Source of the DNA: Eledone cirrhosa
Lineage: Eukaryota
NCBI GenBank assembly: GCA_964016885.1
Contig: OZ024741.1
Span: 388,368,001 to 388,432,000, forward strand
DNA: 64,000 bases
Direction: 5' to 3'
Both the position numbers and the translations under genes were made by a program. The stretch's first letter is position 1. Each line of letters starts with the position of its first letter. Of this stretch, positions 23,430 to 37,690 are shown piece after piece. The notes beneath the pieces are model-generated. The model had not been told where the DNA came from. It worked only from the letters and a program-made list of their open reading frames with translations, and did no database searches.

Positions 23430-26203
23430 TGTCTGTTGTAAACACTAAATCCCTCCCCCATGAAGAATGCACCTCCCAACATAGACTGATAATTAGCGAC
23501 CTCATAGTCAGGACGAGACGTACTCGACAGCAGAAGAGGACTATCCTCAGGAGAAAAATATGGAAGCTAAAGGACCCCACAGCCAGGAATAAATTTCAAA
23601 GCATATTACTTGATGCTTTCGACAGTAAGGAAGAACATTTAGAGTCGGACAATATAGAGGGAGAGTGGGAATTTCTGAAAGCAAACCTGCTGTTGGCGAC
23701 AGACGAAGTCTGTGGCTGGAGCAGGCCTGTAGGCAGGAGGAGAGTAACATGGTAGTGGAACAGTAAGGTGGAGGGGTCAATTAAGGCCAAAAAGCAGGCT
23801 TGGAAAGTATGGCGGGATGGGGGAAGTAGAGAAGACTATCAAGTGGCCAGGAGGGAAGCTAGGAGACAAGTGTACTTAGCAAGAAGGGAAGCTGAGGGAA
23901 GAAAGTTCAAGCATGTTCTACAACGCGATGACCAAAAACGTGAGGTGTTCAGGATTGCTAGGCAATGCGTCAAGGAAAACCGTGATATTGTCGGGGAGAA
24001 GTATGTACTAAACGATGATGGCACACTTGCCATCACCGACGCTGATAAGAAGGTAGCTTGGAAGTGTCACTATGAAAGGCTACTAAATGAGGAGAATAAA
24101 TGGGAGAAAGACAGTCTCCCCCATATCGACCCAATAGAGGGACCAGCAGTGTTAGTCGAGGGGAGTATAATAAGTAAGGCAATCAAGGATATGAAGACGG
24201 GTAAGGCGGCTGGGCCTTCGGAAATAGTTGCTGAGATGCTGAAGGCATCTGGCACGGTGGGACACACCATGGTCACCCGCATAGTTAACCAAGTCGTACA
24301 GAATGGGGTTGTTCCGAAGGACTGGCATAGCAGCATCATCGTTAACTGTTATAAGGGTAAAGGAGACGCCCTAGATAGGAGTAACTATAGAGGCATTAAA
24401 TTAATCGACCAGGTCATGAAGGGCACGGAAAAAGTAATAGCGCAACTAATCAGAGAGAGAATTGACCTAGATGAAATGCAGTTCGGGTTTGTGTCAGGCA
24501 AAAGTACCACAGACGCTCTTTTCATAGTACGACAACTACAGGAGAAGTACCTAGCTAAAGGTAAACCCCTCTACTTAGCTTTTGTCGACTTGGAGAAAGC
24601 CTTCGACAGAGTCCCCCGCTCCATTATCTGGTGGGCTCTTAGAAAACTAGGCGTTGACGAATGGCTTGTGAGGGCTATACAAGCCAGGTATAAAGAAACA
24701 GTCAGCAAGGTTAGAATTAACAACGAATATAGTGAAGAGTTTAGCGTAAAAGTTGGCGTCCATCAGGGCTCTGTTCTCAGCCCCCTACTATTTATTATTG
24801 CCCTTCAGGCTATAACAGAGGAGTTCAAGACAGGCTGCCCATGGGAACTCCTATACGCAGACGACCTGACACTCATAGCGGAATCAATGGCCGAGCTAGA
24901 GAAGAAATTCCAAACATGGAAGCACGGCCTAGAGTCAAAAGGACTTAAAATTAACCTGGCTAAGACCAAAGTTCTAGTTTGTAGGAAAGAAAACAAGGCG
25001 GCGATCCCTTCTGGGAAATGGTCGTGCTCGGTGTGTAGGAAATGCTTAGGTAGAAACTCCATTTTATGTCCTAAATGCAAAGTATGGGTGCATAAAAGAT
25101 GTAGTGGGATCACAGGTAAGCTAACTAAGAACATAGATTTTACATGTGGCCGGTTTTCTGGTGCAATAAGTAGCAGCAAGTGCCCACAAAATACTAGCTC
25201 TTTCAATTGCGCAGAGGGTTCTATAGAAATAGTGGACAGCTTCCGTTACCTGGGCGATAAAATCAGCAGTGGGGGAGGGTGCTCTGAAAGTACTGTAGCT
25301 AGAGTCAGAACTGGTTGGAAAAGGTTCAGAGAGCTTATACCACTATTAGCTGCTAAAGGGTTCTCCCTAAAAATGAAAGGCAGGTTGTACGATGCCTGCA
25401 TACGAACAGCAATGCTGCATGGCAGTGAGACTTGGGCATTGTGTGCAGAGGATATACGCAGACTAGAGAGGAACGAAGCTTTCATGCTCCGCTGGATGTG
25501 TAACAGTAATATACGTGAACGGCAAAGCATAAACGAACTAAGGAAAAAATTAGAGATAAGAGGGATCAGATGTTGTTTACTCGAGAGAAGGCTACGTTGG
25601 TATGGACACGTGATGCGCATGAAAGTCGATAGCTGTATAACAAAGTGCAGGGCAATAAAGATAGACGGTAGTCACGGAATAGGCAGACCTAGAAAAACCT
25701 GGGACGAGCTGATAAACTCCGACATCACACACTTACACCTCTCCAAGACAATGTCACTGGACCGAGACCTTTGGCGGTACTCAGTAACAGAGAAGACCCG
25801 CCTTACCTAAATATATAGTAAAACCTACTCCAGCCAGTAGGCATCTCTAACAAAATACACCCCGTCCCACCACCACCACCACCACCCCATCCACACCACC
25901 CCGTTCTATGTAAAGTTATGTTGGTGCCGCGCCATAGGCCGAAACAAATGAGATTGTGTAGGTGTCACGACAAAAAAACACACAGTCCACGCTGTAATGT
26001 GGCCGTGTAGGCAACACGGTAAAAACCTCCCAGACCCACACTGTAAATGTGGTTGGTGTTAGGAAGGGCATCCAACTGTAGAAAACCTGCCAGACAGTCC
26101 TATGCGAGCAAGACAATCACTCTTGCCTCAAGTGGGACTACCCCCGTCCAAACCCATGCAAGCGTGGAACACGGACGTTAAACGTTGATGATGATGATGA
26201 TGA

Positions 26204-26207
<4 letters not shown>
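23430..26207 (+). mobile_element. RTE LINE family A, 5' truncated
   Basis: ORF 23768-25810 (680 aa, YADD, PHD-like insert); TGG>TAG stop at 23753; (GAT)n tail. Confidence 0.95.
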
Positions 26208-26273
<66 letters not shown>

Positions 26274-26276
<3 letters not shown>

Positions 26277-26357
26277 ATTCTATTTAGGTGAATAATCAAA
26301 GAATTTTTTAAATAGTTCAAATAAAAAATCTTTGGTTATTCACCTAAATTGAATTAT
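26274..26357. repeat. Short imperfect hairpin next to (TA)n
   Basis: ataattctatttaggtgaataatcaaaga ... tctttggttattcacctaaattgaattat. Confidence 0.75.
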
Positions 26358-26979
26358 TATACTCTGTATTTTTTCATAAGTGATTAGCACATTGAGTTTT
26401 AATGTACTTGGTAATGAATGAGTGTTATACTCACTTCCATTGATCTCATCCTCATCATTGTTGTTTTAATGTTCACTTTCTCTGCTAGAAATGGTTTCTC
26501 TGCTAGCAAGGGTTGAATGGGCCCATACAGACAGTCAGTATTTAAGCAGAGCCACTGATCTCCCCGGCAGGCCAGGGATCTGTGTCTCACTTTTGTATGG
26601 TCTCACATTTCATTGAGTGCTCAGGAGAGGTTGTCATGCCTTTGACACAACCGACAGTCCTCCCAACCCTTTGTTGACAAGATTTCCACGGCTGGATGAC
26701 CTTCCTCTCACCAACTACTTTACAGTGTATACTGGGTGCATTTATCATTTAAATCACCAATACTAGGGAGGTTGTCATGTCGATGACAAGACCGAAGGGT
26801 CCTCCTGACTCTTTGTTTGTTTGGGAAGTTCTTCATGGCTGAAAGCCTTTCCTATCACAAACTACTTCATGGGAGGAATGAGGTGGGGCTGCTAGGAATA
26901 TGTGTGTGTATAATGGGTTGGGGTTGAAGTAATAAAGTTGAGAATAACTGTTAAGGAGTGTTGGTGGAAGGTCAGTCAC

Positions 26980-27625
26980 ATTGAATGCTGCAGGTTGGGT
27001 CTTCTTAAGCACTGCATAGCGCCAGCCCTCACGGTCTTTAGTCATTTCTGTTGAAAGGTTTAGCTTTTTAAGGCTGGTCTTTTAAAACCTCATCCCATGT
27101 CTTCCCTTAGTTTGCTTATACTAAGTCGCTTATCCACACTAAAATTGCACATCCATCAGAGCGTACTCAGCTCATTTCTTTCTAGCCTCCACAGGTCTTC
27201 TGCAGTCATGGCCCATGTTTCACTGTCATGTAACATTGCAGTTCCCATACAGGCATCATACATCTACCCTTCACTCTGAGAGAAAAGCATTTTGTTGTTA
27301 GCCGTGGTAAGAGATCTCTAAACTTCTTCCAGCCTACTCATATCCTAGCTATCACACATTCAGCACATCCTCCCCCTACTAATTTGATCGCCTAGGTACC
27401 AAAGGCTGTCCTCAACTTCCTGAGAGCTTCCCTGGAAACTGAGGGAATCTATTTTACATGTGCTATTTGTGCTTATTTCCCCTGTGCATCTGCCACATAT
27501 AAAGTCTATTATTTCTGTTAGCCTACCAGCAGTCCCACTACATCTCTTGTGCATCCATACTTTACATTGTGTGCACCTTATAGAATTTCTACCCACCCCT
27601 TCTTTCTTTTTTCCAACTTAAGACA
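26980..27625 (-). mobile_element. Old RTE LINE fragment with PHD-like insert
   Basis: GRNSIRCTQCKVWMHKRCSG..FICGRC..WYLGD. Confidence 0.8.
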
Positions 27626-27894
27626 TTATCTTCACATATACATATATAAATAACAGTAAATACAGCAAAGGCCAGATAAAGTTGTGTGTAAGTTTATTTA
27701 ATTAGCTAGTATATATATTTCGCTGGGGTTGACGAATGTATACATGAGTGTGTGTTTGTGAAACATACACACATACACAAGGTCCAAACACAAAAGAACC
27801 AGACTCCCACTGTCTTTGCCTCCCTCTCTTCTGCTCTCCCCATCTCTCACTGTTATGAGCAAATGGGGGCCCACCCACTGGCTGCCTCACATCC

Positions 27895-30710
27895 CTAGCG
27901 GACAGAATGGAGGAAACATTTCCCTGGAGGATGGTGAGGAAGACGCGCTGGAAAAGACATTACAAAAGTCCTCCGGAAGAGAATGACTAGTTGGTTTTCA
28001 TCGACACCCAGTGTCTTCCAAAGAACATCTTCAATTTTGCTCATTACTAACCCTCTAAAGAATGCCAATTGTAGTGCCTGATTGACAAAGGGTTGCAAGT
28101 AATTGAAGACATTCCAGTTTCCAAGTGCTCCCTCTCGGTATCTGCTTGACCCAGGATTGCAGAGAGAAACTGGGGAAAATGTGCCTAGTAAAAGGCGACT
28201 ACACCTGTTCACTGTCGAGGAAAATCTGGAGATATCGTAACCTCAGCACATGTCTGTGCATCATCAACCATAACATGCCAAGTCCCCCACAAAGTGGGTG
28301 TTGACAGCAGATGGACTGCCTAACCAATGGAGCACATCCCTTCCAAATAAAGCAAAAGAGCAAACGCTCCAATGCAGTCAGACGAGGCTTAGGACATGGC
28401 ACGGTGGTCAGGCAGTAGTAGATGACAGATAAGAAGTACACACCACCTCCGCCTAACCTTTCAAAGATAGCTTCCTTTCAGCCCATTTCTAGGTGAGAGT
28501 GGCCACCCTCCTCATCACCTCATCCCACTTTTGTCCATATGGAGGTCCAGGTCCAACCCGATCCCGAGCAATTTAACCAGTCCATTCGTCCAGAGCCTAA
28601 TGACATTGTTGGATGGCATGGACCTGTCTCTCCAGGGGCTGAAGCACAAGCCCATTGACTTTCCTCACTACAGAGCAGATGTCATTATGCATAGCAGTGA
28701 TCCACCCTCTGAAAACAGGCCACCAGGTATTGATGGTCAACCCTATCGATTGCTTTTGACTCATCCAAGTTGATCAGAGCCCCACCCATGCCATGTTCCT
28801 TAGCTACCCTCTCCATGATGTATTGCATGAGGTGGAGGTTGTCATGGATGGATCTGTGATGGATCTGTCTCAAATGGTGCATGTCTGCACCTCCCACACC
28901 AGACTTCCAAAAATAAGCGCCAACCTCATCACTAACACCTTAACTAAAATTTTGAACGCTGCCTTCAGCAGAATTATGGGTCTGAAATTATCTATGTTGT
29001 CCCCCTTGTCCAGGCTTACAAAACCAGGAATTCCCCAGTATTGCTGCCAGTTGCCCTAGATGTCTGCCAAGAGGTCACCAAACACATCTTGCATGTGTAC
29101 ACAAAGTTCGTAGGGCAGACCATCCAAACCAAGCGATTTACCCCTCATGCAGCCAGCCATTGCTTCCTGTATTTCAGCAGCTATTATCAGCTTTTCACAA
29201 CATTCTGACTCCATTGCTGAGGGACTGAAATCCATTCCATAACTCGGTTTGCCACTGTTCTCGAACAGTTGAGTGAAGTTCTGCTGAAAGGCCACACACA
29301 TCTGCTTGGGATTGACTAATATTTGTTCATCATAGTGTGACAAATACTGGATCATGGCTTTGTTGCCATGCTGCACCTCCACCACCCAGGCCCATTAAGT
29401 AGATTTCCTCCCCTTGTGTCTTAGTGCATGTGCCCTAGCTCTGATAATGCAGCCTTTGTGCTTAGCTTTGAAGAATTGGTCAACGTCCAATTTTGCCACT
29501 TGCACATTGGTTGCGATGCCTTTACTAAGTGCCTCTTCTAGCTTCTAACTAGTTCTCCCTCTTGTCTATTCTTTTCTATATCTACAGCAGTGGTTCCCAA
29601 CCTTTTGTGCATCATATCCCACCTCAACATGTAAAAAATTGTTATGTCCCCCATTGACATGAAAACAGCAATGATCAACTGCAAAGTGTAAACAAATTGG
29701 TGTATAACTGGTGTTAAATGCATAATAACATATGGAGGAGGTGAGACAGGTGTTTCTGACAGTAATGTGTACTAAAGTTGCCTTGGTGTAAAAGTAATAA
29801 AGTAAAGCCTGAGATTTGTTCTCATTAACATCATTTTCAAATGGCCCCCTTAAATATTCAAATTGCCTCCCTGTGGGGTGTGTGCCCCATTCTGGGAATC
29901 ACTGCTCTACAGTCTTGCTAAACCTAATAGATTCTACTTTTCTTGCCCTTTTCAGGGTGAACGACCATTTGTTGTTAACTGCCCCTGTCAATGCCTGCTT
30001 AACTAATTCACTAATCTGATCTCTGTAGGCTTTATGCACCAGGAGCATGCGTTCAGCTTCCAGTAGCCAGGTCCCTGTTTATGTAACATATGCAGGTAGA
30101 GTAAACACCTTTCTATATACCTACAGAATACCCCATCTAGATACAAACTGGATGACCTGATGCAGTTTGTCTATGTCCTCAGGCACATTCAAGAAAATCC
30201 TGACAGTACCTCTCAGACAGTTGGAAATGTCTGAGCAGGTTTACAAGGCTTTTACACCCTCCTCCCCTATCTGTTAGTCTCACACAGTCCCAGTGTGCAT
30301 CCAAGATCCTGTTCCAGTCAGCCACTAACACTAAAGAGTGCGATGTTCTAAAAAAGGTCTCCCGGTGCTGGAAGAAATCAGGCCATCCTCCTCCTGTCGG
30401 GGCATAGATGGCCATTAGACTGAAAGCGTGCCATTCTCTGCTAGTCATGTCCAACACCACCAACTTGGCTTCTGGGTTCAAGAAGATGGCCCATATCTCA
30501 AGATCCAGACCTCTCCGAAACAACATTGCCACCTAACCTCCCCATCCTGGACAGCTGGTAGCTTCTGAAAATTGGTGTGAATGCTCATACCTCAAAAATT
30601 CTGGTCTCTTTGATGGTTACCACATCTATATTCAGCAACTTGAGGTCATTGAGTAGGTGGCCCTGTTTCCAAGATGACCCCAGGCCATGTGTGTTTATAC
30701 TGAGAGAGGC
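27895..30710 (-). mobile_element. Degenerate L1/Tx1-like LINE ORF2
   Basis: APE remnants (IYAPT, VADWN), KSLGLDGLPYE, RSIHDNLHL, LINLDESKAIDRVDH, FIWKG across broken ORFs. Confidence 0.75.
29588..29904. mobile_element. hAT-type MITE inserted in the Tx1-like relic
   Basis: TIRs cagtggttccca / tgggaatcactg; 8-bp TSD atctacag / ctctacag. Confidence 0.8.
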
Positions 30711-30959
30711 TGTGTTGGATGAAGTAGGAGGAAACAAGTGAGAGCGAAAATCTTACTTTTGGCTTTTTGGTGTAAGGGTGGGTGATCCATCCCTCCAGCC
30801 AGTTGTGGGTTTCTCCATGTCAGCATATATTCTTTTCAAGAGACTCCCTCGATAGTCTCCAATTGCCTCGGTATACTTGTTTTCAAGTTTTTATATGTCT
30901 TTTGGGATATTTCAATTATTTTAATGTGTCTGGGAGGTGTAATTTTTGTGGGTTTAATA

Positions 30960-31150
30960 ATAATTGTTTCTACTTTTGACACAAGGCCAGCAATTATCCC
31001 AGTGTATTACTGGTACTTTATTTTATCGACCCCGTAAGGATGAAAGGCAAAGTTAACATCGGTGGGATTTGAACTCAGACTATAAAGGGCCGTAACTCTT
31101 TGTTGCAAAGCAAGGCGTCAGACCCTCCACCGATACTGCCAATCCACCGC
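30960..31150 (-). mobile_element. Nin/Deu-like tRNA SINE, near full length
   Basis: A-box-like tggcagtatcgg, B-box gagttcaaatccc, conserved central domain. Confidence 0.75.
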
Positions 31151-31649
31151 CCTGTGGGTTTAATAATAATAATATCAGAAACTAACAATAACAATAACAA
31201 CAAAACTACAGAGAGTAACAACAACAGCAACAATAATGGTGATAATGGGACTGATAATGATGGTGGTGGTGGTGGTGGTGGTCGTGGTGATTGTAGTAAT
31301 GATTTTTTTATTAACCACAAAAGGTTTATATGAAGAAAACATTAAAGACAGCACTAATAAAACCACGGCCAAGAAATAAGTGGCTAGTACCTGGCAGGGA
31401 GTAACTGTGTCTCGTGGGCAGGATGAGCTCACTAATCTTGGTGGATAATTGTCCTATAGAACAAAATTACCCCTTGGTGGTGAACGATAAAATGCATAAA
31501 GAAAAAAAAATCTCCACAATGTCTACAGACAAAAGCCCACACTGCATTGGTTATTACCTGGATCAACAAGGGTTGTGTCCCTCAAGGAGGAATCAGCCTA
31601 GGGTAAAAAAATCAGCAGCTGAAATAAGCTCTTCTCCATATACAGACGT

Positions 31650-34600
31650 GAATTGTCACTTGAACAAGAATAATCTCAACCCAAGTGATTCAAGTTCAGC
31701 CCCAAGAAGAGTATAAAGAAGTGATGTACTCATTCTACCACTCATTGGGAAAACCATCAGAATCAAAACACACAGTAAATTCTTTTAGGAGTATAGAGGG
31801 AAAGAAATCCAGAAAGGAGACCAAACCTGGACAAAAACAAACTTTCAAACGTAAGAAGAGATATTCTTAGAAATAAGAGACGAACAGATGCAGAATTAAA
31901 TTAAATTAAGATGAAAGTTGAAAAAGATTTGGAAATACCAATCAGAAAGGGATAGAAATCTATATGTGACAGAAGAGACACCACAAAACATATTGACTAT
32001 ATTGTCACCAAGAGAGATTCCACATAGCATTGAAGGTATTAGAAACACAACAGAGCAGGATCAAGCTGAAGGGCAGGTTGACAATAGGGATGAGGGTACT
32101 TCTACTTATGAATACAAAGATCAGATAAAACGAACAAAACAAGAAATTCTCAATGAAATTGGAAAAGTAAAAAGCATTAGTATGGGTGAAAGAGAGTCCT
32201 TACAAAAATTGACAAGCAACAACTAGAACAAAAGACACAAGAACTGGAAATCAGGCTGTTAAAGCAATAATTGAAGAGGTGGAGTCTGATATATCAGAAC
32301 TGAATGAGGTTATTTATGCAGCAGCAACAGTAATAGAGATGAAATGTGGGTTAAGGAAAAAGCAAAAAAGACACAACACTCACAAAACCACCCTTGATAA
32401 AGAATTTGAAATGATGAGGGGAGAAATATCAATCCTGAATGAAATATGTGCTGGGAAATCTGTCAAGTCAAGAAAAGGAAGCATTTAAACCAGCCATATC
32501 CAGTCAGAATTCTCTCACCTCTTTCTTTTCAAACCAGCCATAACCAGCTACTCATACCAATGTTAAGGCATTGTTCTCAAAATAAATAATATCAAAATCT
32601 CATAGATTCAATATTTTGTGAGATAATTATGTGAGGTAAAGTCTTTACTGTAAAAATATAATAGTAAATGTAGAGTAATCCAAATGCTAAAGGGTTAAAC
32701 AACACAAAGTAACTTCAAAACCCGATATTCCATCAATCAAAGAAACCCTGAAACAGAAAGTACAACTGAAAACTCAAAGAATCACAAGATTTGAAAAGCC
32801 AAATAAGTTTTACAGGCAAAATAAGCTGTTTATGTCAGATGCAAAAAAGTTTTACAGGGATACTGGGACACAGATAATTCAAGTAAAGAATTTTGGAAAA
32901 CAGTATGAAGTACAGAAAAATGTCATAATGCGAATGTAGAATGGATAAAGAACATGGAAGAAACTTACAATAATTTAAAAAGGCAGACTTGGCAAGACAT
33001 GACTATCGAAGAGCTGGAGTTGGCACTAAAGAAAGCCAACAAATGGAAATCCCCTGGTATTGTTAAAGTGCCAAACTTCTGCTTATCTTCTCTAACTGCT
33101 ATGTTGGTAAAAAGTTATGACAAAATTATGCACAAACCTGAGAAAACTCCCGACTGGTTTGGAGAAGGTATAACATATCTCTTACCAAAACCGACAAAAA
33201 CAAATATTCCCCAAATATCCTATATCACTTGCCTTCCCACATCATACAAAATTCTCACCTCAATCTTGATTGAGACAATCTACAAATTTATGGATGAAAA
33301 TCATCTATTCTCTATTGAGCAGAAAGGTTGTCGCTGTGGGTCTTACAGATGCAAAGACCAACTTCTCATTAACCGTATGATTCTGGAAAACTGTCATAAA
33401 AAGTATAGAAATCTGAGTGCTGTTTGGATTGACTATAAGAAAGCATTTAACAGTGTTCCTCACTCATAGATTTTGAAAACTTTAGATGTTCTGAAAATTT
33501 CCCCAGTAATATCAAACTTCCTGAAATACATGTCTATATGGAATACAAATCTATCACTGTCAGACAGTGATGGAACTATAAATTCCAGCAGCATAAGTAT
33601 TAAGTGAGGTATTTTTCAAGGTGATTCCTTTTCTCCTCTGATATTTTGCATTGCACTCACACCGCTGCCTTTAGCACTCAACAAAACAAAATATGGTTAC
33701 AAAATAGACAGTAACACCATAAATCACCTGTTTTATATGGATCATTTGAAGCTGTGTGCCAAAAATGACAAAGTACTGGAAGGACAGCTGAAGACAGTTA
33801 AGGTGTTCAGCAATGATGTAGAGATGGAATTTGGATTGGAAAAATGTGCCAAAGCAACATTCAATAAAGGCAGAATGACAAGCACACACTCAATGGAAAT
33901 AGATGTGAATACAGTAATTAGGGAACTAGAACAGGAACAAGCCTACAGATAACTAGGGACCAATGAAGGCCAAGGTATTCACCATACCAGCATGAAAGAA
34001 ATAATCAGGAAGGAATGCTAGTAGACAGTGCATGCTGTCATGAAAACGGAGCTTAACTCGAGAAATAAATTATCTGCCATAAATGCACTTGCAATCCCAG
34101 TTGTCACCTACAGTTTCAATATTATAAATTGGAACATTAACGAAATTAAGAGAATGGAAACCAAAATCAGGAAACTTTTGACCTGTAATAAAATACACCA
34201 CCCCAAAGTAAATGTGGATTGCATCTATCTCCCAAGACAAAATGGAGGTAGAGGAATGATCCAGCTCAAGCTATCATACAAGATATCAACCATTGAACTC
34301 AATCATTTAAAAGTGTTCATTCAAAGCTAGGGAAGCCCTAAATGATTGTGTAGTACAAGGAGAAGTAACAAGTTGGTTGGTTGACGGAAAGTCAACTTTG
34401 ATAATGAAGGATAAAAGGAAAGGTCCGTTAATTGGAAATTACAGGCCAATTGCTTGCTTGACTTTGTTTTCGAAGCTGTTAACTGGCATCTTTGCTGCAA
34501 AAGTGTATGATCACTTGCTTCAGAATGAGATGCTACAAGTTGAACAGAAGGGACGGGACAAAAGTTCCTAGGGAACCAAAGACTGAAAAAGATGTCTAAA

Positions 34601-35850
34601 GAATTTGTGCATGGCTTGGATACACTTTAAGAAAGTCTTTGACAAGGTCCCACATTCATGGGTGCTGAGATGTTTGAGAATGTTTGGGATGTTATTAATG
34701 TAATAGAGTCTAGCATGTCTTTCTGGAAGACAAACCTGTATGCAGGAAATAAACACCTAGTTGTGGTCAATATAAAAAGAGGAATATTTTAAGGAGATCC
34801 CTTCTCACCATTGCTCTTTGTGATTGCCATAATTCCATTATTGGCTATCATAGGATTTAAGATAATGGATGAACTGAAGCTCTTTGGCAGGAATGAATCT
34901 CAGGTTGACTCACTAGTCAAAACTGTCCACTGGTGTTTTGGGGTTATTGGGATGGAGTTTCATATTGCAAAGTGTGTCACTCTGACTATGAAAAGAAGTA
35001 GGCATATTCATAGAGGTGGGATTGAGTTACCTGATAAAGAGACGATTGGTAATCTGGACATTTTGGAGCTTGGGGAAAGGAAATATGAAGGAAGTCTAAA
35101 TAGATTAGAACTGCTTCTGAAAATGAAATTTAATGGATAGAACTTAATCACCACTATCAATGTCTGGGCTGTGCCAGTTATTAGACGTAGTGCAGCTATT
35201 TTGAATTGGATCAAAGAAAAATTAGGGAAGTTGGATAGACTAACACACAAGAAAATAGTTGACAATTGCACTCAAAGGCAAATGTCATAAGGCTATACCA
35301 CAGACCAGTTGAGAACTTGTAAATGTGAACGATTATGTGGCTAACAAATGCTGGTTCTTAGACTTGTATTTGGCCAGTAGTAAAGAAAAACTTTAAGGTA
35401 TGCTGCCAAAAGCAGAGGCCTATGCATTAAAACTATTGAGCGTAAAGAAACTTACAAAGAGCGGCTATTGGCTGAGAAACAGCATGCGAGAAAGTATGAA
35501 ATTACATGGTCAATTTGAAAGAGAAATGAAGGAAGTAAAAGTAGGATCTTCATGGAATTGGATGACAAAATGTGGTTTTAAGAAGAGAAACAAAGTTTAT
35601 TAATAGCAGCTCAAGATCAAGCACTAGAACCAAATATGGTAAGGAATATGTATAACCCAAATGAAACAAATATGTGTAGGTTATGTGGAAAGAAAGTGGA
35701 AAGTAAGCCACACATTGTGAGTCCCTATGACATGCTTGTACAGAGGCAATATAAAAGGTATCATGATAAAGTGCATTGGTCTTTATGCAAGAAATATGTC
35801 TGCAATTACTGAGAAATGGTATCAGTACAAACCAGAGACAGTATTAAAAA
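31650..35850 (+). mobile_element. Degenerate R4/Dong-like retrotransposon relics (at least two pieces)
   Basis: WKSPG, EQKGC, KDQLLIN, WIDYKKAFNSVPH, GIFQGD, YMDHLKL, YLPRQNGGRGM; second RT piece from about 34320 with NYRPIACL. Confidence 0.8.
32480..32698. mobile_element. piggyBac-like MITE copy
   Basis: Homologous to 8641-8869; ends aaatgctaaaggg-ttaa. Confidence 0.7.
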
Positions 35851-35889
35851 ACCTCCTCCTCCTCTTCCTATCACTCCTCCTTAGAAGCA

Positions 35890-36990
35890 TCAGTCTTCAA
35901 CTGATCCAGCTGGATCCCCAATCGAGACCAGCCAAGCTCATGGATGTTATCCAACCTTCTTGCTCAGGGTCTATCCCTGGGACTTCTGCTGGTTGGTTTT
36001 GCCCGTAAAATCTGTCCAGTGATTCTTTCCTGAGACATTCTAACCACATACCCATAGAATTGGCGCTATGATCTCCCAATTTGGAGAAGTAGCAGCTCTA
36101 CTTAGAGTGACTCTCTGATCTCTGAGTTACACACTCTATTAAGTAACATTACTCTAAAGATCCTTTGAAGGCACTCCATTTCAGCTGCTTGTATTCATGA
36201 TCATATTCTTATGGTCATTACTCATGAACGTAACTATGGGTTGGCATGTATACTGAATTGAAGATAGCGAGTTTAGCTTTTAACCCTGCCCCCTTCCTCT
36301 GATTACTGAATGCTGAATATGGCACATTACTGCACCAGCTCATGCAATTCTTGCACTTAATTCAGGTTCCTGCTTTCCATTACTCATGAATACAGCCCCG
36401 AGATACTTGAACTTCTCTACCTGCTTCAGTGGAACTCCATTCACATGTAGAGTGCACTGGACAGGCTTTCTTGAGAAGATGAGTGTCTCAGTTTTCGCAG
36501 CACTCTGCATCAGACCTATCCAGTAAGAGTTCACCTTCTGTCGAATTAAGTAATACAATGTCGTCTACAAACTCCAGCTGGATGATTTTGCACCTGCCAG
36601 TCATGATATCACTTCCAACATGGCTGCACATGTCAATCTGTTCATGAAAATATACAGTAGACACCTTTGGTGGAGTCTGACTCCTACATTGAATGGTTTC
36701 AATTAACCACCATTTATCCAAACACAAATACTCGGGCATTCGTATAGAGACATCAGGGCAGCAAAAAGCTGACCAGTGATCCAATACTCCTGCAGAACCT
36801 TCCACAGCATGTCCCGAGGAATGTGATCATAGGCCTTTTCAAGGTCTACAAAACAAGAATATACCACGTGGCAATATTCCCACGCTTTCTTGAAGACTTG
36901 CTGCAGTGTGAATATTTGGTCAGCTGTGCTGTGTCCAGATTGAAAACCACACTGTTCATCAGCTAGCTTGGACTCGACAATCTCAGATGA
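35890..36990 (-). mobile_element. Degenerate RTE-type RT fragment
   Basis: CFVDLEKAYD and LKQVEKFKYLG remnants. Confidence 0.7.
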
Positions 36991-37082
36991 GTTCTCTCTC
37001 TACAATGAAAACCTCTATTGCCCTAGATTCAAGGCCTGAACCCGGCAATAGAGAAACAGAACTGAGCTAAACGAAATAACAT

Positions 37083-37340
37083 AATAATTGTTTCTACTTT
37101 AGGAACAAGGCCAGCAATTATCCCAGTGTATTACTGATACTTTATTTTATCGACCCCATAAGGATGAAAGGCAAAGTTAACCTCAGCAGGATTTGAACTC
37201 AGACCTTAAAGGACCGTAACTCTATGCTGCAAAGCATGGTGTTTGACCCTCCACTACTACTGCCAATTCTTTCTAACATTGGCACAAGAATGAAAGTAAT
37301 GTTGACCTCAGCATCATTTGAACTCAGAGTGTAGAGAGAA
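37083..37340 (-). mobile_element. Nin/Deu-like SINE copies
   Basis: Similarity to 30960-31150. Confidence 0.7.
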
Positions 37341-37690
37341 TAGAAGAAATACTGCAATGGTATTTAATCTAGTCTGAAGCATGCAGTCTGGCTTGTGTTT
37401 AGAGATATTTTAGATAATCTAGAGCACACAAATTAGAAGTTGTCAGACTTAGTCTTGCTTCATCATCAGAGCTCTAATAGTAACTGATGTTTACCATCGT
37501 ATTAATTGTATGTGTGTTTATGTTTATGTGTGTGCTTATGTTTGTATTTGTGTGTATGTTTGTAAATACACACATATAAATATGTACATATATAAATGTA
37601 TATATTTATATATGTGTATGTGTATATAAGTGCATCTATATATATCAATGCGTCCACATAAAAATGGATTTTTTATATATATATATATAT

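Noticed and set aside
31075-31432. N/G/T-rich ORFs
   Set aside because: Trinucleotide repeats (AAT, AAC, GGT) adjoining a SINE.
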